A DNA stretch of 64,000 nucleotides, from assembly GCA_000165425.1 (NCBI GenBank), contig CT868208.1, positions 124,001 through 188,000 on the forward strand, read 5' to 3'. Both the position numbers and the translations under genes were made by a program. The stretch comes from Paramecium tetraurelia. Lineage: Eukaryota. The notes under the pieces are model-generated. The model was not told the DNA's origin. It saw only the letters and a list, made by a program, of their open reading frames with translations, and did not search any database. Positions 13,106-27,800 of this stretch are shown here, in pieces (within the stretch, counting starts at the first letter, position 1; every line of letters starts with the position of its first letter).

Positions 13106-13790
13106 ATGGACCCACTCTTAAATTAAAGTGAATTTCTTGTTTTATCTAAGACTATATCTGAAGGAGATTCGAAGTTCTCTGAACAAAATAATGAATCTGT
13201 AATTATTTGCCCTGTGGAATACTCTTTAAGTTGGATTACTAAATCAAATCAAATTCAATTTACATCAATAAAAATGTCGAATGGAGCTAAGGTGAAATTT
13301 GTTGTCGATCAAACGAATGGTAAACTAATAAGTAATGTTTTTTACTCATAATTTAGAAACGGAATATGCTTAACTAGAAAACCTTGAAAAATAAGCATTC
13401 GATGAATTACAACCTTAAACAATGTGGAAATGTTGGGTTGAAATTTGGCTTGGTCAAACTAAGAAAAATGATATTGTGCTTGATAAATAAGAAAGTTTAG
13501 AAAATGTTTAATCAGAGAGTGGTTTAGGATCTATTAACAATCCAATTGTCAAGGTTTATAGAGAAAGAAGAGGTCAGATTTAACTTCTAACAAGACATTT
13601 ATGTTATACAAATTAGAATGAAAATTAGAAGTCTAGCAAATACTAGATAAATATGTAATTGTGCAAGTCTTAATTTTGGATGTTCAATTGGGAACTTAAA
13701 TAGAAAGTAGTTCCAGATGCATATTTTTTGGAATTGCAAAATAAATTATCAACAGAATCTCTTTCTTTTTATCAATATACACTAAATTGA
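13106..13790 (+). CDS. Hypothetical protein (true start may lie upstream)
   Basis: MDPLLNQSEFLVLSKTISEG..., one GT..AG intron at ~13332-13356, open to TGA 13788-13790. A hydrophobic in-frame stretch precedes the ATG. Confidence 0.5.
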
Positions 13791-13938
13791 AAATGTTTTA
13801 ATATTTTATTACAAGAAATGATTATATAGCAATATATATGCTATTTAAATATAAATTTAACATTTATTGATTTATGTTTGATATTTATTCCAGTTGCATT
13901 TGATAATTTAATAATCTCAAAGCTTATCAATATGTTAA

Positions 13939-14942
13939 TCATTTTATAAATGACTTAAAGCTGACTCTTGAAGAGTTTTATTTGTGAGATTCCTTTATGA
14001 AGATCATAAATTCGTTTTTTGAACAATGAAATTCATAAAAAGTGTTATATAAATACAAAGACTATTATAAATGAATCATATTCTCACTTTTTTTCTATTT
14101 TTATTTTTATCTAATAATCTTTGTATTTACTTTTAATCAACTTCCAAGATTCGCAATACTAGTTTATAATCGTTATTATATGCTAATAATAAACCCTCAT
14201 ATTAATTATCAGTAATTGTAGGAAAGTACTTTTATAATTCAAACAATGTGTTGTAATGTTGATTATTCTTAATTGGAGGTGTCTTAGATTCTAAACTGCT
14301 TAAACTCCATTCATCAAAATTCCTTTGAAAATCTTATTCGTCATTCATGAATTTAGCAACTAGACTTGCTGATAAGGGTTAGCTGAAGTTAATTGAAGAA
14401 GAACTGGATTTTTCTGGCTCATATTCCATATATCTTGGCATTTAAGGTGGTTGTCTGGCTCTTGAATAAATTTATGGCTATGCTTAGGTCTTAGACTACT
14501 ACTCATCATGAAAGGATAAATAATCATCTAAAATTTAATCTTCAATGTCATTTAGGCATATTATAGATTCATCAGAGCTAATTACAATAACGGCATTGTT
14601 GTTACTAACATCAACAGCAATTGGCTCATTAATTTTTGATATTTTTTCGATTTCCATTTGTTAATTACTAATAGGTTCAATCATTATTTTGGGTTCCTCT
14701 TTTGTTCTGCAATCAATTAATGGAGCATTATTGTTTCGTTTCTTTACACATCTAATTTTTGAAGTTCTATTTTAAATGTTCATTTATTCATTCACAAATA
14801 TTTGTTTAGTTTGTGGATAATATTCATTCATTAGATTCAACCCTTCCAAAAACTTAAGATCTAGTTTTTATGCCTTCCAAAATGATTCAATTTATTCTTC
14901 TTGCTTTTAATGCGAATCTTTTTATTTTTTTCCTTTTTTCAT
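13939..14942 (-). CDS. Hypothetical protein
   Basis: MKKGKKQKDSHQKQEEQIESFWKAQK open frame in ciliate code. 3' exon structure approximate. Confidence 0.55.
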
Positions 14943-15017
14943 AAGAAAAAATGAAATATTTATATTAAATGATCACGTTTTATTTGATAATTTCTTTAAT
15001 ACTCATTAAATAATATA

Positions 15018-16025
15018 TCATTACTATTATGCTTATTTCTATTATTGGTATTATTGCAAGTCGTGTCTGATCTTCTACCCTAATAAATCTAATTCTCTTA
15101 AAAATAGTGATTTAGATTCTCTTGCTCTTCTTGCCTATAAGAAATTCACAATGACTCTCTTTTATTTTGGACCCAACATGAACCAATTTTTAACATGCGA
15201 TCTCAAAATCTCATCTTAAGGTATTGGTTTTGCAGTCTCTATTTATTCTTATACTGAAGACTTAAATTATCGAATGACTTAATCCTCATTATTAATAAAA
15301 GATTGTTTACCTCTGTCTTTCCCTCTGGAAGATTCTCTCCCAACTTAACAATTGGTTTATTTTTATAATCATATTTCTCTCTTAAATATTATTTATAATC
15401 TTCCTTCTTATGTCTAATTCTCAAAGCTTCCTCAATATATGAAACATCATCTTTGCCTAATTTTAGATCTCTAACTTTAGCTCTCAACAGGTTTGGGGTT
15501 ATTTCTGGAACTTCAATTTCTGACTTACTGATTTCTTATTGCTGCAAATATATCAATAACTTACCTAAGCCAAATATTATTCTGTCTTTTATTTTACATA
15601 CTCATCCTCTAATTATTTTCTATATTTTTGTCTGATTCTATCCCTCTCCTATACAACAGTCTTTAATCTGGCCATTGATATTTTGAGTTGTACAAGTTTT
15701 CCCATCCTACCTTTAACACCTACTACTTTTTTGAAAAATATGCCATCTGATAATAATAAATTCTTTTCTTTCAACATCACATACCTCAAATCATTATATT
15801 CAAAATGTACCATAATTTTGTTAAATCTTCAGTCGATTTCAGTCTCAATTCTTCTACTTTCCATGATCTCCCCTATGAGACCTATTATTTAGTATCTTTC
15901 AATTATTATTTTGTCAATGCATCAGTAAATTATAACAATTTTTCACTTTAAGTAGCTGGAGCCTAAGCATTGAAATACTTTGGTTTAAAAGCCAATCTGC
16001 TCCATGTCATTATGCGATTTATCAT
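15018..16025 (-). CDS. MRPL47: Mitochondrial ribosomal protein uL29m (L47)
   Basis: Presequence-like N-terminus. GRSWKVEELRLKSTEDLTKLW[intron]YVMLKEKNLL..SMARLKTVVQER. Confidence 0.9.
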
Positions 16026-16999
16026 ATATTGAAAATAAATAAAAATATTATTTCATTTAACAAATATTTATGTTTGAAATTTAACTAATTCAATTCACCC
16101 AATACAAAATATTCAAAATAACCCTTTAGATAGTAATAACAACAAGGAGAAACTTAATGAATAATATATTTTTATATAAATATTGATATTAATTGATATT
16201 TAAATTATTATTATGCAATTAGAATAATTATTGATTGGAAAAATAGATAAATGGAAACACATGATGTTTACCTGAAAATTGATTAGAAGATATCCTATGG
16301 TTGGTTGAATATTTTTAGAATCAAAACATTAGGATGCTTTTCATAAAATTTGTCCTTATGAAGAACATTTAAATTAATTTAAAATTTTAATATCTTCATA
16401 TAAGAGAACACATAAATCTAATAAATAGTTCAACCAGAATGGTCTTTTGATCTCACTTCTAAGTAAAGCCAACCATCACTATCCTTATTTTATTAATAAA
16501 CTTCTTTAAAAGATTTTGAAAATGAATTTGTTAATAATTTATTTCCCCCTACAAATATAAATATTCCATCTTAAGGTGTCATATATGGTGAGTATTGTTA
16601 TTTAAGTATATTGAATAGTTCTTGAACTGAAATAGTTTCTCTAACCATCATTTTTTAAAATTATTAAAGTTTATTAGGAATTTCTTTATGGTATCTCATT
16701 TTTAAAACCAATTCAATAATTACAGGTATCATTTATCCATGCTTTTCAATTAGATTAAAAGATTATTATGTTCTTTATTCATAAGAATTTTTTATTTTGT
16801 ATGAGAATTTCATTTAATTTTAATTATTCTTCCTATATCCAATAATTAATTATTTTCAAATTTTAATAATAGAATTATTTATCAGTTCATATCAGAATAA
16901 TTATAGAGAATACATTATATTTCAATCATTCAGTAATTATAATCATATTACTTATTTAAAAATATTTTTGAGTATATGAGTCTTCTTACTTTAACTTAA

Positions 17000-18327
17000 A
17001 TAAATTAGTAACTATTTTTATTCAGAATTATAACTAATATGACATGCCCAATATTATTAATTACATCTTATTATAATTATATTAATTATTATACTAATAT
17101 GTGATGATTCAATATTAATGGTCTTTCTCAAACTCATATTTCACACAACCATTGCAATAATATTTATAAGTTGCCCAATCTCAATTAGCTCTTATTATTT
17201 ATATGACCAAATCTAAACAGATAGATCAGAAATATAATACTGCATAAAATTTAGACAGCCTATGCACTAAAAATACCTTTGACTTATTTAATATTGTATC
17301 ATTTAGGAGTTATTTATATTTGGGTTACCTAAGGAACTTACTAATCAATTTATGGCAAAATCATTACAAAGTCTCATACCCTATTATACATTTTAATGAG
17401 CTAGTGTTTTTTTATTCATCCAACTAGATTTTTAGTTTCATTATTGCTTTATATGGAACATTCGATACAAACCTATAAAAATACACTGCTACCCAATTAT
17501 TATATTATGCATCAGCATTTTTTGTCTGCAATCATCTTTATTTATTCTATTCGAAAAATATAATCAGAAGGAACGATGTGCATTAGCTTCCCCCTTGTGA
17601 CAGAAGATTATTCTTATCATATGAATACCTTTTTATTTTTAAACACTGATAATTTTTGTGTGTAAATATTCATATTTGAAATCTTAGGCTTCTATTATTC
17701 TATCAAGTTTGATAATTTACAGAGGGAAATCAAGCCTTTCATTAAGTTTCTCATAAATTAGTTAATGTTTCATGTCTTTGAGATTACTAAGATTTACCTT
17801 GTGATAAATCTATTTGTTTAATTCAATTCCTACAAGTCATCATAGATGGTATCTAATTGGTTATTGACTATGAGTAAATTTCATACTTATTTGCTGGTGT
17901 AACTGTAGCAAGCATTGTCATCGCCTTCATCCATAACCTTCATATATTAGTAAACATTTACATATTATCGAGGGGCAATATTATTTATAATTAAGGAACT
18001 GTAGAGACGGAAGATTTTTTAATGACAATCCTCAAGTTTAAGTTACCAATTTGAGAGAAGAGGATTTAGAAAAATTAGAAATTAAGTCCTTTAATTCTTA
18101 ACTAGAAGTGTAATAAAAACGAAACTAAGCTGTAGATTTAGCCTGATTGGAAGAGTAGAATAATAATACAATTTAATGTCCCATTTGCGGTGATGATATC
18201 CAAAAAAATAGAAAATTATATTACTGGAATGCTAACATATATTTCATTCTGCTGTCTAATTAGATGGTTGAAAATCAAGAATTCTTGTCCCTACTGTAGG
18301 AGATCGGCAGTAAAATGTTAATAATGA
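17000..18327 (+). pseudogene. Disrupted transmembrane RING-H2 E3 ligase
   Basis: CPICGDDI..LECQHIFH..CLIRWLKIKNSCPYCR needs two frameshifts and is preceded by an in-frame TGA (~18144). 5' limit approximate. Confidence 0.7.
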
Positions 18328-19455
18328 TTTTATAGATATATTTAATTATATATTTATGTCTCGTAAAAATTTATGGTACTATTTCACAATTTATATTTAA
18401 TATTAATTATATATTAAATTTCATAGAAATTAATTTAATTTTTATTTTTCTTTTTGTCATTGAAAAGCTACAATCTAGTAGAGAAACAGTTTAGGCAACA
18501 AAAGGGCTACTTTTGTGATTATAAAAGGAAGAAGTCCATACTAAAAGCTAATAATGCAATAATATTGGAAATCATAAAAAACTGATTACTTAACAATTAT
18601 AGAAAGAAATATCACTATCAATTTTCATAAACAACATTCTCTTATTATTGTTTTTATCTTCTTTGTATTAATTTAATGAAAGCTTGCCAAACTTCCTTAC
18701 TGATTTGGATATACTTCAATCCCATGAATACCTTCATGATTTCAAATGATTTAATAAAAAAGAAGTCATAAAGGTATAGATAGAATTGGAGTCTATAAAT
18801 GAGTAATTTTAATAAGCAGTAAAGTTGATATTTTTCTAATTGTTATGGGTGATCATTTGACTATCAGGTTTATTCTATATCTCTTACTGAGATATGGTAT
18901 ATAGACGAGAAGAATTTATGAATAATTTTTCATAAGTTAAAAATTTCACAGTTTTAGCTCAATTTTGATTTAAAATTTATCCATTTTTATTAAATTTCCA
19001 ACTATGAAACTCATCCTTTAGAGATTTATTATTTTAAACGTTTTTGTAAGTATTATGCATAATTTGTTTTTATGTTAATCCTTATTTATTAGTTGTCCAA
19101 TATATTTTAAGTATCCTTTAAAAGTATTCAAATATTTAAAATTAGAATTTTTGATGTTAGTAATTTATTTGGTAGAGTATTAAAGATTTATAGTAACAAG
19201 TAAATCAAATAATTTACATTAAAAAGTTTGAAAGATGTTTTCTTAACTTTAATTCAAACAAAAGCTAAATAAAAGGCTGATTTTGAGCCATAAATTATAT
19301 ATGAGTATGTATTAAGTAAAGTATTTTTATGAGTTGACTTGTTGATAATTCTTGATTAAGTCTGAAATGACACTTAATAACGCTATTAGTTATTGTTTTA
19401 TTTAATTCTATTCAGAGGACGTTGAAGGGATAATTATGTTTTATTTATTTAATTA

Positions 19456-21200
19456 ATGTAAAATATGGATTTAGATTTTGAGTAGTTCTAGCGATATATA
19501 CAATCGGAGAATACTCAATAATAGAAGCATGATTAAAAAGGCAATGAAAAAGATAGGGATCGTGGACATGATAAAAACAAAGATAAACATTACAAAGATA
19601 ATAATAGGGAAAGAGAGAGAGAAAGGGAGAGAGACAAGGACAAAGATAGAGAGAGGGATAAAAGTGCTGAGAAGAAGAAGAAAAAGAAGGATGAAAAAAA
19701 AGATAAAAAAAAGTATATTGATCAATAATACATAAAATTAGAAGATCAAGGTCTGCCTCAAGATCTTCAAAGAAAAAAAAAAGCAAAAAGGACAAGGAAA
19801 GAGAAAAAGATAAAGATAAGGATAACTAATAATAAGTTATCACTTCGCAATTGCTTATGACAAGTGACATACAAAAAAAGAGGGAGATTGCAAAACAAAG
19901 AAAAATAGAAATTATGGAGGCAGAAATCAGAGAATTGGAGAGAAAGATTGTAGAGGTGGAAAGAGAATTAGAAGAAGCACATAGATAAGATTTAACAGTA
20001 CTCATGTATTGTTTGCCACTGAAAGCAAAAGAAAAACACATCTATTAGTTCTTTTAAACAGTAACATACTATTAAATTTGATTAGTTCAATTGTGGTAAA
20101 ATTAGGGATATTAGAATTATTAGAGATTAGAAATCCGGAAGATCCAGAGGAGTGGCTTATGTGGAATTTTATTAAGAAGAATCTATACCTATGGCATTAG
20201 CACTAAATGATCGTTTATTTATTATGGATGGATAATAAGTAGGAACTATTCCTGTTAAAATACAATTAAGTTAAGCAGAAAAAAACAGAGCTGCAAGAGA
20301 TTAGAAAAATATGCAAATTAAATAAAATAAATTGCAAAACATCTAAGATTTACAAAATATGAATGGACCAGCAAGAGTATAAATCACAGGCATGGCAGAA
20401 TAATTATAAAGAATTAATGAAGAAGATATCAGAGAAGCCTTTGTTCCATTTGGAACAATAGAAACAGTAGAAATTCCAAAGGATGAGTCAGGTAGAATGA
20501 CAGGAGTTTTATACGTTACTTATGAGAAAGCTGAGTCAGCAAGGAATATGATAGAAGTAATAAATAATTAGCCATTTTTATTAAATGGAAAACCAATTAA
20601 AGTTTAATTAGTCTCTGGTGCCAATAATTATATGGATTTATAATTAGATGATGATCTAGTTTAAAATCCAGTCATGAGAATAACATTGATGAAAAAGTTA
20701 ATGGATGATAGTCTTATCGATAATGTATTAATAAAAACGATTTTAGATAAACTTACCTCCTTTAATGACACAATTAGGACTAACCGTTTAAAGAATTTTG
20801 AATATAATCTAATCTCCTAATCCGACATTAGGTTGTATTTCTGGATGGATGCCTCTTAAACACAATCCTCCAGCCTGTCCTTGCACTACAAAGGTTATTG
20901 TCTTAACAAATATGTGGACAGATCTTGAGATTTCCAATTAGGCTGCAATTGTTGAATTAAAAGAAGAAGTAGAAAGTAATTTATTTAATAATAATCCTTT
21001 TTATAGATGAATGTAAGAAATATGGAGATGTAGAGATGGTTTGGGTTGACAAAAAAAATGAAGGTAATGTAATCATTGTTTTTAAATAATGGGAGGCGGC
21101 TAAATAAGTAAATGTTTTAATGAACAACAGAAAATTTGGAAATAAAATAGTGTAAAGCTATTTCATAACAGAGAGTCAATTCATGAGCATCATTAAATGA
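19456..21200 (+). CDS. RBM39: RBM39/CAPER-like splicing factor (charged N-terminus, 2 RRM + UHM)
   Basis: RD/RE/RS-rich N-terminus, RSRGVAYVEFY RNP1, second RRM, C-terminal UHM (DECKKYGDV..LMNNRKFGNK). Confidence 0.8.
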
Positions 21201-21243
21201 TTTAGTAATATAAAATATTAATATATAAATAAAAGTAAACCAT

Positions 21244-22449
21244 TCATTTCTGTAACTTAACAATATCTAGGATAGAATTCTTATTGAATTTTTTTAAATT
21301 TTCCAAATTTTAGAATTGTTTGTCAAAATTTTTTGCCAAATTTAATATTCTACTTGATAAATCCAAAGTGGCATCTTTGTCGACATTCAATAATTACAAA
21401 ACTTGAGCAATCTAAATAGATATAATTATAAATACAATTTCATCACTCTAATCTTGACATGATAAGTTGCATCCTATTATTATGCATGCTGCTGATAACA
21501 AAGAGTAATTGAATTAGCTAATGATTGAGTAATCATATATTATCATCTTTGCTAAATAAACTACTATTTGATGTAATTTTTAATATTAATTAATCATTTG
21601 TAATGTAATTGTTATTATTTCATAAAGAGTAGCTCCAAAGAATTTAAAATCTAATGCTTATCCAATTTAATTCTCTTTCTCTCTAATTTCTTCTTTTGAT
21701 AATTTTTTATGCGCAATTTTTTCATGAACAGTTTATAATTTTACTGGTTAGACCTCCTCAAACTTACATGCTATGAACATACATGTAACTCCTATGAGAT
21801 GCATATCTTATGGAGCATGGGATTTTAAAGATAAATTTAAATATTAATCCATCAATCTTACTGCCAAAAAGAATGTCTGATCTTTGCATTTATATGAGGT
21901 CAACACTTCTATCATCCAGTCTATCATCTTAGCTCTTAGAGAACTATTGATTGAGTGTTTTTTTAAAAATTCAAACTTCTAAATACCATCATAGATTTAG
22001 TAGTTTGTCAAAATAATGTCACCATAATTATAAAGAAATCTGTTTTGTTAATTCTTGGGTTCTTTAGTTGAATGATCATGGATGCTTTAACTAATTTAAG
22101 TAGTCTATCTAACTTTTATTGGAGAGTACTATTATATAACTAAAACTAAATACTATCTAAATAGTTGTGCAAATTGTAGTTTTTTATTTTTGTTCAGGCC
22201 GATAGTGTAAACTTTAAACATTGGGATTTCTTTATGTAAGGTAGTTTTGTTGAGAATACTACTATTTTACATCAATACTCTTGAATTCGAAATCTTAATT
22301 AATAAACATTTGTTACTTGGTTAATGATTAAGCAGAGTTAATGAAACTAATTGTGTTAATGACTTTTGGTTATTTCTTTTTTCAATATTATTTGAAACTT
22401 CTGCTTAGTTCTCTTTCTCAAATATACGTCTAGTTGTAGTATCTTTCAT
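21244..22449 (-). CDS. Mitotic-type (A/B-like) cyclin
   Basis: Cyclin box LRAKMIDWMIEVL..TFFLAVRLMDQYL..HLIGVTCMFIACKFEE. Confidence 0.9.
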
Positions 22450-23879
22450 TTTATGAATAAATTTTGTTTAACAGATAATAAATTAATGAAATTTTATTAA
22501 TAAACTTATTTTAATTTAAATTAATGAAATAGTAACAATCTTGCTTTATAAAATGGATTTATTTAAAAATTATAATTGTTTTTCATTGAATCATTGATCT
22601 GTTAGGATTCATTATGATTTTAGTTTTATAAATTGATAAAACATAGTTTTTGTTAAATATTATATATTCTTGTTTTTTTGTAATATGTTCTATTCAAACC
22701 ATTTTGTTGCCTATTTTGGATGAATCATTGTCTAAAAAGAGTATTTTGCATTTTTTTTGGATTAATAGTAAAGAGTTTGACGAAAGATTTACGCAAATAA
22801 GTAATTGCAGTTAATTTGATTCCTCTTTTTAGGTAAACATTCTGATAATTTATTATAACCGCTTCTTATATTATTATAATTTAATCCAAATGTCAGAGAT
22901 CAGGGACTATTGATAATTCTTTTTGAATAAATGAAATATGACCTTTGGATAAAATATAGATATTGAGAAATTAAAATGGATTCACAGATTGACTTTGACT
23001 AAATAGGAATAATTTAAGAATAAATGAAAGAGTAGGAATGGTACTGCCTATTTTTGTGTATTTTGAGTAATTTTAATAATTGGATGAAGTTATAAATATA
23101 TTTTGTTAAGGTTTAACAAATTTAGATAAGGATTTTAATTTGTTTGATAAGGAATGCTATTTTTGGGAATAGCAGAGTAACTTTGCTTAAATTTGTAGCA
23201 TAAAGTACTTTACTTAAGAAATAGTTTTTAGTATCATGGTTAAATTTTAATTAATGTTCAATCAGACATGATCAGTAATTTATGATAATTTTTTCACAAA
23301 GATTTATATCTACTCTGAAGATAAATATATTTTTTGTATGATTTTTTGTTTTTTAGTCATTTTTATTAGGTTTTATCCTCTAAAAGAAGTCAAAAGAAGA
23401 GATGAGAAGAGATGATGAGTTTATAAGAATTATCTGAATTAGTTAAACAATCTAGAATTTTAATTTGATTATTATTTATTTCTATAGGCTACATGTTTAG
23501 TTATAGTTCATGTCTGATCTTTTAGTTTAATGGAATAAGAATGAGAATTTTTCAAATCTATTGCAAAATAGTTTAAATTTAGATATAATCTGATTGTAAC
23601 AACCCAAAGTTAGAATGAAAAATAAAAACGAAGATCGGTTAGGATATAATTTTAATAAACTAGAAACTTAACATTGGTTGATTGATATTAATTAAAGATA
23701 TATATTTAATACAGAAATAGCGGATCTTCAAATAATTACCATTAATTTGTAATAAATATGGTAATCAAAATATGAGCAAATACTCATTAAATAAATTAAG
23801 AGTTAATCAAAAAAAATCAATTATGCTAATGATTAAATATTTATGTTAACAACAAAATAATTTATATTTAATTTTGAAT

Positions 23880-24642
23880 ATGCTTAGTAATAATAATTTA
23901 TCCAACAAAATGCTTAAGAGATCAGATATTGAAAATAAATAAGTTGGTGATAATTAGAATAAGAAAGACAAGGAGAATTATTTAAAGGAATGGGAAGAAA
24001 GTCTTAAAAGGAAGGAACATTTAGTATATTTTATTTTTATATAGAATATAGCTGGAATCTAAACATCAGGAATTAAAAATCTATTCTAAAAATCTTCAAA
24101 TATAAACTGAGGGACTCTTAAAGGATAAATTAAATTTGGGAGAGAAGATTGAAAAATATAATAGATTGTTGGAATAAATTATTGATCAATAGATATCCGA
24201 TTAACAATTGCCAAAATCTAATTCTTAGACATCTTAAACTTATAGAAAACCACGCAAAAACGGAATTAATGAATGTAAAGAAAGAGTAGGAAATTTATTG
24301 AAGACCATAAGATTAGCAACCAAGCCTTGCCTAAAAACATAATAGGGTTCTTACTTTAGCAACAGGACTGAATTCGAAGAAATTCTCTTTAGTAAAAGGA
24401 ATAATCATTCTTCTTCATTAACAGGGATAATTAATTTAAGCAATAAAGAAGAATTAATATCAAAATAATAACAAGAATAACAACGCAATAGTAAAGACAC
24501 TAAGGAAAGGTTCAGCCAATAGTATGCAACATAAGATGAGTTAATCAATCATTAAAAATCGTTATAATAATTAGAAGAAAATTAAAAGTATTTTTATTCT
24601 AAAGTATATGAGGAGTTAAATAAATTAAAACAAAATTAATGA
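23880..24642 (+). CDS. Hypothetical coiled-coil protein
   Basis: ATG 23880, 21-nt intron after KRKEHL, open to TGA 24640-24642. Confidence 0.6.
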
Positions 24643-24844
24643 ATTTATAAAAAAATGTATTATTTCGAAGCTATAAATTTGTATTTTCACAGCTAAATTA
24701 AATTTAATTCGTTAAAATTTTTTTAGTTTTAAATTCACTCTCTTTAGGAATCTAAATGTATTTTTACCTAGATGGTTTGAATTATATTGATTCAGAGAAG
24801 TAAATGAATAAATATTTAATTTGTTTCCATAAATTAATTATTAA

Positions 24845-27800
24845 ATGTTACAAGAATATTATAATAGAAAGGTCCTTTTTATAACTGGGTGTACTGGTAT
24901 GCATTATGTTGTTATAAATTAGGATTTGTGGGCAAAGTATTATTAGAAAAGACTTTGCGTTGTTTACCAAATGTTAGATGTATTTATGTTCTGATCAGAT
25001 AAAAGAAAGGTAGCAGTTTAATGGAAAGGTTTAAACGAGAAATTTTGGATTCATAAGTAAGGATATAATAATGAGTTAGTGTTTTGATCGTTTGAGATAG
25101 ATTTATGGTGGAGGTTTTGAAAAATTCATAAATGAGAAAATTATTCCCATTGAAGGAGATATGCTAAAGGAAGGCTTAGGAATGGCTGAAAATGATAAAA
25201 GAATAATAATAGACAATGTCAATGTATGCAAACAATTAATCTTTAGATAATCATAAACTGTGCTGCAAGTGTGGATTTCAATGCAAGATTAGATGATGCC
25301 ATATAAATTAATGTAAGGGGACCTCAAAGATTTATAGCATTAGCATAACAAATTAAAAATTTAGAAAACTTCATTCATATCTCAACAGCATATGTCAATT
25401 CAGATAAGGGTGGTTATATAGAAGAGAAAATATATGATCCTAACTAAGAGAATTTGGAACAATTAGTGTCTCAATTGTTGAAGACTCCTGTCAGTATTTT
25501 AGAGAAAAACGTGAAAGATATTATTGGAGATTTCCCTAATACATATACATTTACAAAGTGTATAGCTGAAAAACTGTTAGTTTAGAACAGAGCTCCTAAT
25601 TTTCCACTTACTTTTGTTCGACCATCAATTGTAGGAGCTTCGTGGAAAGACCCAACACCTGGTTGGATTGATAGTTTAGTGGCAAGCAGTGCCATTTTTT
25701 TCTTTGATCGGTTTAGGATTAATAAAAACTTTAAATGGTGATGAATGCTTGATTGGAGATTAGGTTCCAGTAGATTATGTAGCTGATTTTATTTTGGCTG
25801 CTGGTGCATATCAAAATGGAAGGAAGGAGAAGTAAGCGTATATCACTGTTGCTCTTCTGCAAAAAATCCAATGACATGGCAATTAGCAAAGGAGGTAAAT
25901 GCCTTATTTTGGACAAGATCCCCAAGTTCTCAATAATTTTCAAAGCCCAATTTAACATTCTATAAAAATGAAAACATATATAAGGTTATGTCGAAAGTTA
26001 AAAATGCTCCTGCTTTAATTTACTATTAGGTTGCAAATAAGATTGGAAACAAGGAAATGAAAATTTAAGCCAAAAGATTAAAAAAGATTATTGATAGAGC
26101 GGAATCCATAAATGACACTTTCAAACCATTTGTTATAAATGAGTGGATTTTTGATAGTTCAAATAGCAATGTACTTATCAAATTCTTAAATGATTTTGAT
26201 AAGCAACACTTTAATATTGACATTGAAAAATTGAATTGGAGATAATATTTGGAAAGGGTTCAATTGGGGAATTCAAAAATATATCTTGAAAGATTAAACA
26301 AGAGAATTAAATGAACAAAGTACTGATGTTCTCAGTAAAAGAAATTAATAATCTTACTTTAGTGATATCGAATGGTGTCTAAGTCATGGTTAAGATTTCA
26401 AAACCAAAACCACAAAAGAACAAATAAGTTTGGTTATGAATTCTCAAAGAGTATAATCAGTTATCAAATAATTAGTTGAAGAAAAATCTAAAAAATATCA
26501 ACAAACTACACTTAATCTTGATAAATTACATTAGAATATCGAAAAATAAGGTATTGATATATGTGAAGTAATGTTTGCCAATTATAATATGGGAGTCATT
26601 AGAATATTTGCATGGTTTATTACTAAAGTCTTTAGATAAATATATGAGAAAGTTTAGATAAATGAACCAGCCTTATTGGAACTATAGAATTATGATTAGA
26701 AAACTGGAGGTCCCTTAATTTTTATGCCAACTCACAGATCCTATATAGATTTCATAATGGTATTTGTATGCTATTATTGTAGTGCTCTTATGTCTTCTTT
26801 TCATATAAGATCAAGTGTCCACATATAGCTGCTGCAGAGGATTTCTTATCAATGGCTTTGATTCCAACAATATTAAGAGCTTCTGGGGCTTTCTTCTTGA
26901 AGAGAAAATAATTGGAAGATAGTATATTATATAAAACCATCTTTTATGAATACGTTTAGAGAATCTTAATTGAAGAATGCTATCTTGAATTTTTTATCGA
27001 AGGTACTAGATCTAGAACAGGCAAGACCTTAAATCCAAAGTTTGGATTGTTAAGCATTGTTTGTGATGCTGTTTTCGATAAAAAGATACCTGATGCCACA
27101 ATATTACCAATTACAATAAATTATGAAAAGGTATTAGAAGCTGACACATATCCTTATGAACTTTTGGGAGAAGAGAAAGTTAAAGAGTCCTTACTTAGAG
27201 TTATTAAGGCTATTAAAATATTATCATCAAATTTCGGAAGAATTCATGTTGGGTTTGGAAAGATGATATCAGTTAAGGAATGGTCAAAATAATAAGGTTT
27301 AGATTCCTTTGAGGATATAAGAGATCGTAAAAAGGGAGTTGAAAGTTTGGGTTACGAAGTGGCTTACTAATTAATTGAAGAAATGGTTGTAATGCCTACA
27401 GGAATAGTTTCAACTCTATTATTGATGAATAGAAGAGGAATAACAGAAGATTAATTAATAAAGAGATTCGAATGGGTATTAAGATAAATCACAAAAAGAG
27501 GAGCGAAGACTTCAATGACCAATAATGGTTCAAGTGATGTAGCTGTGAGAAATTCAATTGGATTCTTACAGGATTTGGTTGATAAGAAGAAGAAAAATGT
27601 ATTTGAATTGACATTGATACCAAAACAAGAATATAAGAGCATTCTATTGTTAAGTTATTATAGGAATCAGTTAGCTCATATATTCTTTAGTGAGGGGATA
27701 GTTTGTTGTGCTTTAAATGGGTTTGGACATCTGTTATCCCATAAGGAAGGTGTAAGTATAGAGAGATTATGGGAAGAGAGTGACTTCTTGTTGAAATTAT

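Noticed and set aside
19445..20041. Hydrophobic minus-strand ORFs
   Set aside because: Antisense shadows of the purine-rich charged N-terminus of the RBM39-like gene
22550..23750. Possible recombinase-paralog-like gene
   Set aside because: No convincing motifs, and the frames examined are interrupted by TGA. Left as unassigned decayed sequence.
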